Part shown: positions 39,514-48,767 of the stretch, piece by piece
Numbering within the stretch: the stretch's first letter is position 1
Layout of the letters: every line of letters begins with the position of its first letter
Source: a virus
IMG/VR virus record: IMGVR_UViG_3300035199_000659
Location: 1-64,000 of that record
Length of the DNA: 64,000 nucleotides
Reading direction: 5' to 3' (one strand)
Notes under the pieces: model-generated
The model's database searches: none
Told to the model about the DNA's origin: nothing
Seen by the model: the letters and a program-made list of their open reading frames with translations, nothing else
Position numbers and translations under genes: made by a program

Positions 39514-40452
39514 TAATACATTTCTACTTACAATATACTTTTTCTCAGGAGATTGTAAGTAGTTAAAATTCCAAAACTGAAGAGTCGTTCTAGTCTGGTA
39601 GAGGGATGCAAGGACGCCGGTAAACTTTTGTTGCATAGATACTGGCATAGCAGATGCATGCCACGGGATCGGTGTAACCCCGAGTACCCCTTCTAAGCCG
39701 GCTTGGGTGATCCCCAAATTGAAGCATGCGCTCCAAATCTCTCCAATTATCTCGGTTAACTCTCTTAAACACTCTACAGTGTTCTCTCCGCGGGCTACGC
39801 CTTGAACATTACTCATATCGTTGCCGGCAACCAATTGGATGGGTGCGGAATTGCTAATCTTGCCACCTAATGAGTTTGTTTCTCCTGAAAGGCCAAACTT
39901 GGCGTTGCGCATCTTGCCGGTGACGATCTTTACACCTTCTCTCCCGACAATTCTAACTCCATCTGCTTTAATCCCAACGCCCGACCTTGCGATGGCGCCG
40001 CGGCCCATGTTTTGGCTCCATATGCCGGAATCAAGTCCGAGGGCAAGATCAATATCACACAAGCGGCTAATATAGATTCTTGCAGCATCCGTAGCGAAGT
40101 TGTTATCTATGGCAGACTTGGCTTTTGGGCCTTTTCCTCTGTGAGAAGATGAGTGTCTTCCAACTACCAAGTCGATAGAGTCTGCGGGTATGCCGCGGGC
40201 GCCATAGTTTCCCGCGATGCCGGCGGCTGGAACTTGCCCGAATACAATATAAGCGCCCTGATTAGACAGAACAGATGCACCTCTGGGCTTGTTATAGGTA
40301 AACGGGACACGACAAACCGGGGTGTTGAACAAGCCCGAATTTGGCGGGGCTGCTCTCACATCGACGCCGCGGTCTATCATCTCTTGTACGGTTTCGCACT
40401 CGGTATCCTTATTCCCCTTAAGGAAATCTCCAAATTTAATCTTCCTTGCCAT
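39505..40452 (-). CDS. Putative baseplate central spike/hub protein (gp5 C-terminal-like beta region)
   Basis: Short beta-strand repeats (SIDLVVGR, ARIYIS, VGIKADGVRIVGREGVKIVTG) and position upstream of gp25/gp6. Confidence 0.5.
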   Translation of the reverse strand: MARKIKFGDFLKGNKDTECETVQEMIDRGVDVRAAPPNSGLFNTPVCRVPFTYNKPRGASVLSNQGAYIVFGQVPAAGIAGNYGARGIPADSIDLVVGRHSSSHRGKGPKAKSAIDNNFATDAARIYISRLCDIDLALGLDSGIWSQNMGRGAIARSGVGIKADGVRIVGREGVKIVTGKMRNAKFGLSGETNSLGGKISNSAPIQLVAGNDMSNVQGVARGENTVECLRELTEIIGEIWSACFNLGITQAGLEGVLGVTPIPWHASAMPVSMQQKFTGVLASLYQTRTTLQFWNFNYLQSPEKKYIVSRNVLTN

Positions 40453-40475
40453 ATTAATATCCTATCTTATATGTC

Positions 40476-41786
40476 TTAACTTGTGTAGCCCCAATCTACA
40501 CCCTCGACGCCATATGTGGGATCGGTCTCGGGCGGATCGCCGGCGGCTACCCAACTATCTCGATTCTCTGTGTCCCATGGACGCTCTGCTGAAACGACAG
40601 CGTTGCTGGTGCCGGTTAAATCTGACCACAACAATAGTGTGTATGTAACTCGCGTTTGACCGGTGGACTTCCAGATACCCCACGCTTTTTCAAAGTCAGA
40701 ATTTTTCTGGAAAACTTGGCAGCCGGCGGACCAAGTACTGACTTGCTGGCTGTTTTTGCCTGATCTGTGAATATTGATGCCGAAGCGCTTACCGGTATCC
40801 TCTCCTCCACCGGATGATTCCCAATCTAAAACTGCATCAGCGTTGTTGTCACGATAAACTGTCACTTCACCAACTTGCTGCAGGCCGGGCTTTCCCGAAT
40901 GCTTGCCAAAAATATACGCATCCACATATTGGCCCTCTTTAAGCTGGGCGGCTCCTTTTGCATTAAGATACTCTTTAGCAGCAGTTCGATTAATAATCGA
41001 CAATCCGGGATCGGTCGTAATTTGAAAGCCTATATCGTTCCACATGCCGTCCTTAAACCATATAAGATGCATAACATCATCAAAGGAGTCTGGCACTCTA
41101 TTCGATGAGCGAACCCCGATAGAGTTAATCGTCCCATCTTCATATACTTTATATCCCTTGTTTCGCAATATGGTGATCAGCTTAGGCTCTTCAGCCGTTT
41201 GTGCAAGCTTGTCTGATGCAGTTAGGGGGAGGCCGGCCACGTTGCCTATAAAGCCGGGGGCTCCGCCTCCTCCAAAAAGGTTGCCCAATTTGGCGCAGGC
41301 GCCGGCTTTACTAATTTGCTGGTTCTGGAAAATATCTTTTACGCCGGTCATATCGCAAAACTGTAAGTCGTAAAGGTTTGTTAGGCCTCCGGCAAGCATC
41401 TCGCTCTCAATAATATCGCCGGGCTGGAACTGGGGCATTTCGCCCGCTTTACTAAATCGCACTTTTGTATGCAGCGCATATAATCTAGAGCCAGCGCCGG
41501 CATCGGGCGATACTGATTCGTTACACGGGTCTTCTAAGAATTTTTGATGTGGCATGCCGGGGTTAAGTATTCTTCCTGTAAATAAATATTTAGAGTCTAT
41601 GTTGGTTTGGTTTAGCAATTCGGGATCTTGATTGGCGGTGGCTGGGCCTGAGTATGGCGCAGGGCTTGACATTACTTTGAACCTAAACGAATTGTCGTTT
41701 TGGAAAACACTAGAGTCTTTCTCGTCAACTTCTTCATTTTGCGTAGCAATTAACGTTTGCAATGCTTCTCTGTTTGTCAATGACAT
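40476..41786 (-). CDS. Shared N-domain + L,D-transpeptidase (YkuD)-like C-domain
   Basis: GINIHRSG...WSAGCQVF matches the H-x(n)-S-x-G-C catalytic motif; the N-domain is shared with the two upstream genes. Confidence 0.75.
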   Translation of the reverse strand: MSLTNREALQTLIATQNEEVDEKDSSVFQNDNSFRFKVMSSPAPYSGPATANQDPELLNQTNIDSKYLFTGRILNPGMPHQKFLEDPCNESVSPDAGAGSRLYALHTKVRFSKAGEMPQFQPGDIIESEMLAGGLTNLYDLQFCDMTGVKDIFQNQQISKAGACAKLGNLFGGGGAPGFIGNVAGLPLTASDKLAQTAEEPKLITILRNKGYKVYEDGTINSIGVRSSNRVPDSFDDVMHLIWFKDGMWNDIGFQITTDPGLSIINRTAAKEYLNAKGAAQLKEGQYVDAYIFGKHSGKPGLQQVGEVTVYRDNNADAVLDWESSGGGEDTGKRFGINIHRSGKNSQQVSTWSAGCQVFQKNSDFEKAWGIWKSTGQTRVTYTLLLWSDLTGTSNAVVSAERPWDTENRDSWVAAGDPPETDPTYGVEGVDWGYTS

Positions 41787-41801
41787 ACGTTTTCTCCACC
41801 T

Positions 41802-41811
41802 TATAATTATA
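41802..41811 (-). promoter_or_regulatory. Putative late promoter (TATAATTATA)
   Basis: Intergenic, 16 nt upstream of the ATG at 41786, ahead of a GGAG SD. Confidence 0.5.
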
Positions 41812-41835
41812 TCAATAGCAAAATTTTACCAGCAG

Positions 41836-43080
41836 TTATGTTGTCTCTGTTTCTGGCTCTGTGGCGCCATCTCCAGCTTCTGGTGGCGGATCTTGCGGAG
41901 TAGACGCGGCAGCAGCAGCGACTGCTTCCGCGTGGGCTGCGGCGCCTTTACGAAGAAGTGAACTGATGCGTGTAGATTCCCAGTGCCATACCTCAATGTT
42001 TGAGCCGCACTTCTTTTTAGGTGGGGCGACACAAGGACGACCAAGCTCAGCGCTAACGCTGGGCTTTTGGGCCCAGTATGGATGCTCCCAATTATATGTG
42101 GATGCATTATCAAAAAGCCATTTATAAGCTTCCCCGCTAAAAGAAAGGGACTTCTTTTTACCATTTCCATCATAATAGTGGGTATCAACAGCAGCGCCCC
42201 AGCCGTGATTTGAATAGCCGGGCTTCGAAGCTTTTCCGCAAGATCCTTTGGCGCACCATGATGCCCTAAGCTTAACTTGTGTTTGATAAGTTCTATCGCC
42301 ACTACCGGCCAACTTCCACCCTTTATCGGAAAAATGAGCAGCAAAGGCTGCTGCCATTGAATCCCATTCTGGCGCTATGTCTGTCAAGACGCGGGGGTGA
42401 CCTGTCAAATATCCTTGGGTTGCGGCAGTAATGAGGCCAGCATCAGACAATTTTCCATTAGTAACGGGAGTGTTGTTCCCTCCTCCAATATAGACAGCCT
42501 TTTGGCCCGGGCCATTGCCGGCTGCGGCGCCGACTGTGGTAGCACCCATCATGGAGCCTATTTCACCAAAGTTTGCTGCTATTTTACCGTTAGCGACAGT
42601 TTTAACATCCGCACAAGTGATATCGGTACCAGCTTTACTTGGTTCTGTAAATATCTCAATCACTCTTTCGAAATCAACAGCTTGAAGATCATATTGAGCT
42701 ACATCGCTGGCCGCGGCGTCACAAGATATTTCTACGATATCGCCCGCCGTGAAGGCTGGCATTGCGCCGGCCTTAGAAACAGTCACGATTGAGTGAAGGC
42801 AGGTTAGGCCAGTTGATTTATCAGAGGTACTGCTATCGCATACGTTTTCCAAAAAAACTTCATGTGGCATTTTCTTATCTAAGATTCGGCCCATGAACTG
42901 CCACTTTGAATCTATGCCAGCTTTATTAAGGGTCTCTGGATCATCAGTAGTGGTGGCAGGGCCTGAAATCGCAATTGGTTTGTCGATCACCTGAACTTTG
43001 AATGAATTCTCATTTTGTTTGTTGTCTTGTGCATTGGAAAATTTTGCCCATGCCTCAAAATTGGAACGGTTGGTGGACAT
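41836..43080 (-). CDS. Shared N-domain + M15 (VanY-like) Zn peptidase C-domain
   Basis: SGDRTYQTQ, PGYSNHGWGAAVD (SxHxxGxAxD) and EVWHWE (ExWH). ATG at 43080 preferred over the TTG at 43092. Confidence 0.85.
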   Translation of the reverse strand: MSTNRSNFEAWAKFSNAQDNKQNENSFKVQVIDKPIAISGPATTTDDPETLNKAGIDSKWQFMGRILDKKMPHEVFLENVCDSSTSDKSTGLTCLHSIVTVSKAGAMPAFTAGDIVEISCDAAASDVAQYDLQAVDFERVIEIFTEPSKAGTDITCADVKTVANGKIAANFGEIGSMMGATTVGAAAGNGPGQKAVYIGGGNNTPVTNGKLSDAGLITAATQGYLTGHPRVLTDIAPEWDSMAAAFAAHFSDKGWKLAGSGDRTYQTQVKLRASWCAKGSCGKASKPGYSNHGWGAAVDTHYYDGNGKKKSLSFSGEAYKWLFDNASTYNWEHPYWAQKPSVSAELGRPCVAPPKKKCGSNIEVWHWESTRISSLLRKGAAAHAEAVAAAAASTPQDPPPEAGDGATEPETETT

Positions 43081-43088
43081 ATTCTGTC

Positions 43089-44471
43089 TCAAACTCCTTC
43101 CGTGGCGCTAGGTGTGGTGCCGGTTGCTGAACCAGTGGCAGCTGTCGCGACGGCTGGGGTTGATGATACTACGTTCTTGCATGGCCAAGTAGAATTGATA
43201 ACGTTTGCTCGTCGCTGCCAGTGCTTCTTCATTGCAGGGAACTTGCGCGATGCTTGGGTCTCCTTGGGCATGCTGATGCCCTTCACATATCCAAGCAATG
43301 TTTTTTCTGCATCCCAGCCGGCCATTCCAGCTAGCTTTGTGAAACCCTCAACGCCCAAACTGTTGCTAATTCCGGCGGCGATTGCAAATTGTCGGCCGGT
43401 TACCCAGCCGTGAGCCTTGGCTTTTTCAGATCCGGGGCCGGCCTTGGAACTCATCCACGTTGCTGTTTGGATACGCTTGGACTCTGGGCTTGCTGTGAAT
43501 TTCTGCATTCCGCTTTTCCACCAGCCGGTTGAATAACAGCCGGTGCCATTATCATTTTCGCCCATTGGCGTCGTACCTTTACAGTTATTTTTCTGCTTTG
43601 TGAAGCTTCTTAACTGCGACACACTTCTGCCAAAATACTTCTGAGACACAGTATCACCCATGGCTTTATATAGTGAGTGAAGTCCTGAGTCTGCCCAATG
43701 GGCGATGCCTATGGAGCCGCCATCAATAGCGATAACATCAGTATACTTTTTAGATTTTCCTTTCTTTGAAATAACATGATAGAGTGTGGTCTCAGCCCAA
43801 TCCGCAGGTGCGGGTTCTGTGTCGCCGCAAGATTGGGCGGAAGTGAGCATTGGGGCGCCCCCGCCGCCGGCGGTGCCACCAAAAGCTGAGCCGATCGCAT
43901 GGGCGCCTGCTGGGATCATGCGACCCAAGGAGCCAAAATTTGTACTCGCGAACATCTTTGATATGTTTTCGCATGTTTCAGATACACTTTTCTTATCCTC
44001 AAACGAGTCTTTAATTCTCACAAAATCTGCATTTTGTAGATCATACATCGTTCCGTTATCTCCAGCGCGGAACTTGCAAATAATAACGTCTCCCGCCTTA
44101 AAAGACGGCAGGGCGCCGGCTTTTGTTAACGTTATTTTGGTATGCAGGCACACAACACCGTTATTGGCGCCGGGTGATGGGGCTGTACTTTCGTCGCACG
44201 GGTCTTCGCACAGTTGGTTGTGCGTCATTTTTAGCTCCGTAATACGACCCATAAATACATATTTGGAATCTATGCCGCTATTTTGCAGATCTTCTGGGTC
44301 ATCGGCAGCAGTTGCGGGGCCTGAGTATGCTACTGGATCTGACAAAAGCTTGACGGCAAATTTCTTCTTTTTCTTAAAAATGTTTTTGCCACTTTTCATA
44401 TGAAAAGAGCCTTCTGCATACTCTTTGGGTCCGTATAGATCTTTGCCTCTTAGGGCTGTTTTACTGCCCAT
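43089..44471 (-). CDS. Shared N-domain + lysozyme-like (possibly degenerate) C-domain
   Basis: YTDV..IDGGSIGIAHW..SGLHSL...W...F...PE..RIQ resembles lysozyme-superfamily hairpin motifs; no obvious catalytic Glu. Confidence 0.55.
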   Translation of the reverse strand: MGSKTALRGKDLYGPKEYAEGSFHMKSGKNIFKKKKKFAVKLLSDPVAYSGPATAADDPEDLQNSGIDSKYVFMGRITELKMTHNQLCEDPCDESTAPSPGANNGVVCLHTKITLTKAGALPSFKAGDVIICKFRAGDNGTMYDLQNADFVRIKDSFEDKKSVSETCENISKMFASTNFGSLGRMIPAGAHAIGSAFGGTAGGGGAPMLTSAQSCGDTEPAPADWAETTLYHVISKKGKSKKYTDVIAIDGGSIGIAHWADSGLHSLYKAMGDTVSQKYFGRSVSQLRSFTKQKNNCKGTTPMGENDNGTGCYSTGWWKSGMQKFTASPESKRIQTATWMSSKAGPGSEKAKAHGWVTGRQFAIAAGISNSLGVEGFTKLAGMAGWDAEKTLLGYVKGISMPKETQASRKFPAMKKHWQRRANVINSTWPCKNVVSSTPAVATAATGSATGTTPSATEGV

Positions 44472-44763
44472 CGTCCGCTGTTCCCTGAATCATATCAAAT
44501 ATGCTGTCTTTGTCGCCATCTGATAGTTCCGACGTCTCAACACGGCGCTTCTGGCGCAGGCCGATGAGCTTTACAAGCTGTTCGTTCGACCGTTGCATTG
44601 TTTCAATATGCTTGGCAGCTACGGGACTAAGGTACTTATTTTGTTCAGAATCAGCTGCTATCTGGTTCGCAATCTCGTTTAAAAATTCACGAGCCAATTT
44701 CCTATCATCTCGGATATTATCCAAGGCTTCGGTCATCAAATTATCCATTTCTTTTGTTTTCAT
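44461..44763 (-). CDS. Hypothetical helical protein (100 aa; terminase small subunit is one possibility)
   Basis: ATGA overlap with the sigma stop; coiled-coil-like. The functional guess is weak. Confidence 0.6.
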   Translation of the reverse strand: MKTKEMDNLMTEALDNIRDDRKLAREFLNEIANQIAADSEQNKYLSPVAAKHIETMQRSNEQLVKLIGLRQKRRVETSELSDGDKDSIFDMIQGTADDGQ

Positions 44764-45470
44764 AGCGAGCCGTTTTCCCAATCCTGCCTAAAATTAGAAT
44801 ATTTCTTGCGAAATTTCTTAAGAGAGTTAACAATCTGTTTGGTATTGAGATCAGTAATCTCGCGCAGGTATAAATAAATAGCTTTTTTGTTGAAAATTTC
44901 TATATCTTCTTTGGACTCAAACAAGATCATGATCGCTTTATATACTTTAAGATCGTTATCTTTCATTTGTGATTCGTCCCACGAACGAATCTCTTGATAA
45001 AACGAATCCCAAAATTCTTGTTCCACTCTATTGGAGAGATAAGACTCGGTAGTTGCTAAATATTCTTCTTCATATTTCTTAGAAATGTTTCCCAAATCTA
45101 CTTCGCGTCGATTGCGTTTCTGCTGTTGTTTTACTTTATGAATAAACCAATTTTTAGTTATGACTGAGAAATATGAAAAGGCTTTCGAGCCCTTGTTTGG
45201 ATCATACTTGTCCAAGATGGTAACGAGCCAAATTTTACACTCATCCCTAAGCGAATCGCAGTTTGGAAGTGTCGTAAATTTATAAGTAAAAACAATTTTA
45301 TCCACCATTTGATCAAAGGCCGGCTGAATATAATCAACATATAGCTGTGTTCTCGTTTTTATACATCTAATGCGTGCATATTGAACGATAGCGTCTTCGT
45401 GCACTTGTGTAAAATAATAGTTTTTGGTCTTGCTTCTACGCCTGCGGCGCTTGATCTTCTTCTGCGTCAT
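44760..45470 (-). CDS. Phage sigma factor, T4 gp55 (late sigma)-like
   Basis: KNYYFT; region-2-like LRDEC...LDKYDPNKGSKAFSYFSVITKNWFIHKVK; C-terminal HTH-like YLYLREITDLNTKQI. Confidence 0.8.
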   Translation of the reverse strand: MTQKKIKRRRRRSKTKNYYFTQVHEDAIVQYARIRCIKTRTQLYVDYIQPAFDQMVDKIVFTYKFTTLPNCDSLRDECKIWLVTILDKYDPNKGSKAFSYFSVITKNWFIHKVKQQQKRNRREVDLGNISKKYEEEYLATTESYLSNRVEQEFWDSFYQEIRSWDESQMKDNDLKVYKAIMILFESKEDIEIFNKKAIYLYLREITDLNTKQIVNSLKKFRKKYSNFRQDWENGSL

Positions 45471-45798
45471 CAAATAATTCCTTCTGTTCTTCTTCAGACA
45501 TTTCTATAGGTTCTTCCTCTGTGAGCGAGTAAACATATTCAAACGTCTCTAACTGCTCATTGAGAGAAACTGCGTGATTTAAGAGATGCTCTAATGTGGT
45601 GTCACCATAAAACATTTCTAATTCATAAACTGATTTTGTGTGTTTTGCAAAAGCATCCACCATTGTTTGCAGGTCTCCCAGTTCCCCAGAAACCATTAAC
45701 AGACGCCGGATTGCTGCTCGGGCATATACAAAAATCCCGACATTAAAGATGACTGAAAAAAATAGTACTGCGGACAATATTACTTCAAGTTTACTCAT
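45436..45798 (-). CDS. Hypothetical protein with N-terminal transmembrane helix
   Basis: VILSAVLFFSVIFNVGIFVYA followed by an acidic tail. Confidence 0.7.
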   Translation of the reverse strand: MSKLEVILSAVLFFSVIFNVGIFVYARAAIRRLLMVSGELGDLQTMVDAFAKHTKSVYELEMFYGDTTLEHLLNHAVSLNEQLETFEYVYSLTEEEPIEMSEEEQKELFDDAEEDQAPQA

Positions 45799-46051
45799 AT
45801 GTTTCTTCCTTTGCTTTACGCTTCTCTTCTTCTAAAATTTCTCTATTCTTCTCGATATACTCTTCGGTGACAGCTCCTACTTTTGTTTGCTGTTCTGCCG
45901 CAGGTATCAAATATGTTGGTGATGTGAGGGCTCTTTGTAGTGCGGCTGGTGTGTTGCAGGTATGACAACTCAAATCAACCGCTTCTTCAAATAAATGAAA
46001 AATGATCTTCTCGTCCTCACACATGCAACACACATAACGATAGCGCGGCAT
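45791..46051 (-). CDS. FmdB-family zinc-ribbon protein
   Basis: MPRYRYVCCMC...CHTC...LQR. Confidence 0.8.
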   Translation of the reverse strand: MPRYRYVCCMCEDEKIIFHLFEEAVDLSCHTCNTPAALQRALTSPTYLIPAAEQQTKVGAVTEEYIEKNREILEEEKRKAKEETYE

Positions 46052-46275
46052 TACTTTACCATATTTTCTAAATCATTATTAGAAATTTCACTCTCATCCG
46101 AGAATCTGACTGACGGTGGATTCTTCACCATCAGGCCGTCTTCCGTACTCACCAGTTCAAAGCCCTTGAGAATAGGGACGATGTCTATCTGATTAAGCAA
46201 GGACTCTTGCAGGGCCATCATAATGGCCCCCAGAGCTTGGTTGGATAATCTCAAATCTTCAGTAGTGTTTTCCAT
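46051..46275 (-). CDS. Hypothetical protein (74 aa)
   Basis: GGAGG SD before the ATG at 46275. Confidence 0.7.
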   Translation of the reverse strand: MENTTEDLRLSNQALGAIMMALQESLLNQIDIVPILKGFELVSTEDGLMVKNPPSVRFSDESEISNNDLENMVK

Positions 46276-46276
46276 G

Positions 46277-47122
46277 TTAACCTCCAAAACAACTTTCTAG
46301 TCCATTTTTAATATCAATTTGGGCAGACCACCCCAATTCTTTTAGCGCTTCCACTTTGGCACAAGAAAATTTAATATCCCCTTCTCTCTCGGGTTCTTCT
46401 GACCATAGTGCGCGGACATGCTGGTTGATATGCTGTCTAACATAGTCGATACTTGTCTCTACGCCAGTACCAACGTCGTAATTAGCGCCATTAAAATTCT
46501 CATCGTGTTCCATGCAAAAAATATTTGCTGCTATTATATCATCGACGTGAATAAAATCTCTAGTTTGTAGTCCGTCGCCATCAATCCTTAGTTGGCGGCC
46601 AGCGCGAAGAGCATCCATCCAAGCAGAAATGACTGTAGAATAGGGGCCGCCGTACTTTTGATCTGCAGAATATACATTAAAATACCGAAGGCACACAGTG
46701 TCTACATCATACAATTTAGAATACAGTTTGCATTCATCTTCGGTCATCATCTTATGTAATCCATAGGGGCTTGAAGCCCCATAGACGGCCGCAGAGCTAG
46801 CAAAAATTACGCGGCGGGCATTGACTGCCTTAGCAAATTCTAACACCCTTGAAGAGCCCAGCACATTGTGTGACAGTGATTCAGAAGGGTTTTCCACGCT
46901 CCAAGAAACACTCGGCTTAGCTGCCAGATGAAAAATATACTCCGGCTTACATTTTGGCCATGGTCGGCCGTTGAAAAACATATGCCGGCGGATGTCTAAA
47001 CCTTCAATCGGGTCCAGTGATGCCATATCGATACCATGGACCTCGTGGCCCGACTCTATAAGCTTATTATAAAGTTTAGCACCTATATATCCCTTATGTC
47101 CGGTAACGAGGCATCTAGCCAT
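46277..47122 (-). CDS. NAD-dependent epimerase/dehydratase (extended SDR)
   Basis: TGHKGYIG, IFHLAA, ASSAAVYG, YGLHK, LRYFNVY, RDFIHVDD. Confidence 0.9.
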   Translation of the reverse strand: MARCLVTGHKGYIGAKLYNKLIESGHEVHGIDMASLDPIEGLDIRRHMFFNGRPWPKCKPEYIFHLAAKPSVSWSVENPSESLSHNVLGSSRVLEFAKAVNARRVIFASSAAVYGASSPYGLHKMMTEDECKLYSKLYDVDTVCLRYFNVYSADQKYGGPYSTVISAWMDALRAGRQLRIDGDGLQTRDFIHVDDIIAANIFCMEHDENFNGANYDVGTGVETSIDYVRQHINQHVRALWSEEPEREGDIKFSCAKVEALKELGWSAQIDIKNGLESCFGG

Positions 47123-48089
47123 CTATCTCACCTATCTTATCAAATGCTGATTTCCAATCCGTAAATCGAATAGCTTTATCATCGATATAGTATCTGGCGC
47201 GAGGCTTCTCAGCGGTCACTTTGCTGACGAATTGTGCCATATTATGCTTCTTGAGCCACTCCCAAATAAGCGCTGTTCCGGTTTTTCCGTTAATCAGGCC
47301 TCTATCCGGCTTTGCTTTGCAACTATAAATGATTATAGTATGCTCCTGTGACAGCTTCTTGAGCGCATCATATGAACCTTCAATGGGCTCATCATAAATT
47401 GTCCCATCATAATAGCCCCTAGAGTTCTTGTGGATAACGCCGTCAAAATCAATGCCAATATTAATCTGTTCATCCGGGTAACTGTGTTCTCTAATTTTAC
47501 CACCCTTCCAATTCAGCTTCTTAAGGGCCTCCGGGCTGTTTTCGCCAATGGGCGGGCAAACATTCCCAGAACCATGAGTTAGTTGGTATGTTAGAAGTAG
47601 CGTGAGCACCTCCGCAGTGTGGTAGTAGTCGGCGCCAAGGATAACTTTGGTAAGCTTATCAATCTCCAGAGGGATATCCTTTGAGGTAATCATTGCAATT
47701 TGCATCCCATTTGAAGAGGCCCACTGCAGTGCCTTGAGAATGTCCACGGAGGTGCCAGAAGACGAGACTCCCAAAACCAAGGACTTCTTCATTTGCGACT
47801 TGGTGCGAGTTGCGGTTCGACAAGACAGCCAATTAACCATCCACTGCTCAAAGCTCGTATCATTAATGAAGGATGTGGCCACTACTCCGCTAGCGGGGCA
47901 CATAGCATTCTTGGTGCCATTAGATAAACGCGTCATATCAACGGCAGCATGATCGGCTACAGCCATATTGCCGCCATGGCCTAGAACATATATATCGTCA
48001 CACTCATTATACTGGGCTTGTAACGCTTCCCATTCTGGAGTGTGTACGATTTGTACGAACTTTTCTCCAATATTTTCAAAATTAAGCAC
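47115..48089 (-). CDS. SIS-domain phosphosugar isomerase (GmhA-like) fused to a HAD phosphatase
   Basis: LGHGGNMAVADHAAVD and VSSSGTS (SIS); IDFDGVIH ... YYIDDKA (HAD motifs I and IV). Confidence 0.8.
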   Translation of the reverse strand: MLNFENIGEKFVQIVHTPEWEALQAQYNECDDIYVLGHGGNMAVADHAAVDMTRLSNGTKNAMCPASGVVATSFINDTSFEQWMVNWLSCRTATRTKSQMKKSLVLGVSSSGTSVDILKALQWASSNGMQIAMITSKDIPLEIDKLTKVILGADYYHTAEVLTLLLTYQLTHGSGNVCPPIGENSPEALKKLNWKGGKIREHSYPDEQINIGIDFDGVIHKNSRGYYDGTIYDEPIEGSYDALKKLSQEHTIIIYSCKAKPDRGLINGKTGTALIWEWLKKHNMAQFVSKVTAEKPRARYYIDDKAIRFTDWKSAFDKIGEIDG

Positions 48090-48767
48090 TTAAGTTATCT
48101 CCTTGTAAAACTCTAGTAATCCTGTTGTATCCATTCCTACTGCTATAATACCATATCCTTGGTATTTTTTAAGCTGATTCTTCACGTCAGTGGGAATGTG
48201 AACAGCCATCTGGTGTATCGGAACAACTTTTTTTACCGCATGCAGAGCATCTAAGTATTCCTTATTGTCAAAATTGCCGGGGTCTCCCAGACTTGCGCTT
48301 AGATCATACGGCCCAATCATATAATAATCAAAATCATATGAGAATATCTTTTTGATATTATCAATGCCGGCTTTAGTCTCTACCTGTGCGATAATGCGCG
48401 GTGGGTATGTGATTAGGGGGGCAATGCCCCATCTATTTTGCCTCACGAGGCCCAAGCCTCGCTTGCCCCCGTAATGAGGGAACTTGCAAATTTCATTAAT
48501 CTTTTGACATTGCTCTTCAGTTTCAACAGTTGAAAAAATGATCCCGTCGGCGCCGGCATCAAGGCAGGCGCGGGCGAGAGTTTTGCTTGGTTCGGTTAAG
48601 CGCACATAGCACAATTTACCGCAACCTTCTATAACTTGTATACACGAATATAAAGTTTCATTATTAAAAAAGCCATGTTCGGTATCTATTACAATCCCAG
48701 CGGCAGAGGTGTTGCAAAGTAACTCTGATACTACTGGGGAAGGGATTTGCTGCCATGCGAATTTCAT
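48090..48767 (-). CDS. HpcH/HpaI-family pyruvate aldolase
   Basis: IDTEHG, VR, LDAGADGI, GKRG, AQVETKAG, IGPYDLSASLG. Confidence 0.9.
   Translation of the reverse strand: MKFAWQQIPSPVVSELLCNTSAAGIVIDTEHGFFNNETLYSCIQVIEGCGKLCYVRLTEPSKTLARACLDAGADGIIFSTVETEEQCQKINEICKFPHYGGKRGLGLVRQNRWGIAPLITYPPRIIAQVETKAGIDNIKKIFSYDFDYYMIGPYDLSASLGDPGNFDNKEYLDALHAVKKVVPIHQMAVHIPTDVKNQLKKYQGYGIIAVGMDTTGLLEFYKEIT

Noticed and set aside
30665-44471. Bacterial T6SS or extracellular contractile injection system
   Set aside because: The context (gp55-like sigma, phage primase, RuvC, gp46/47-like gene, single-strand packing, no T6SS membrane complex or ClpV) indicates a phage tail.
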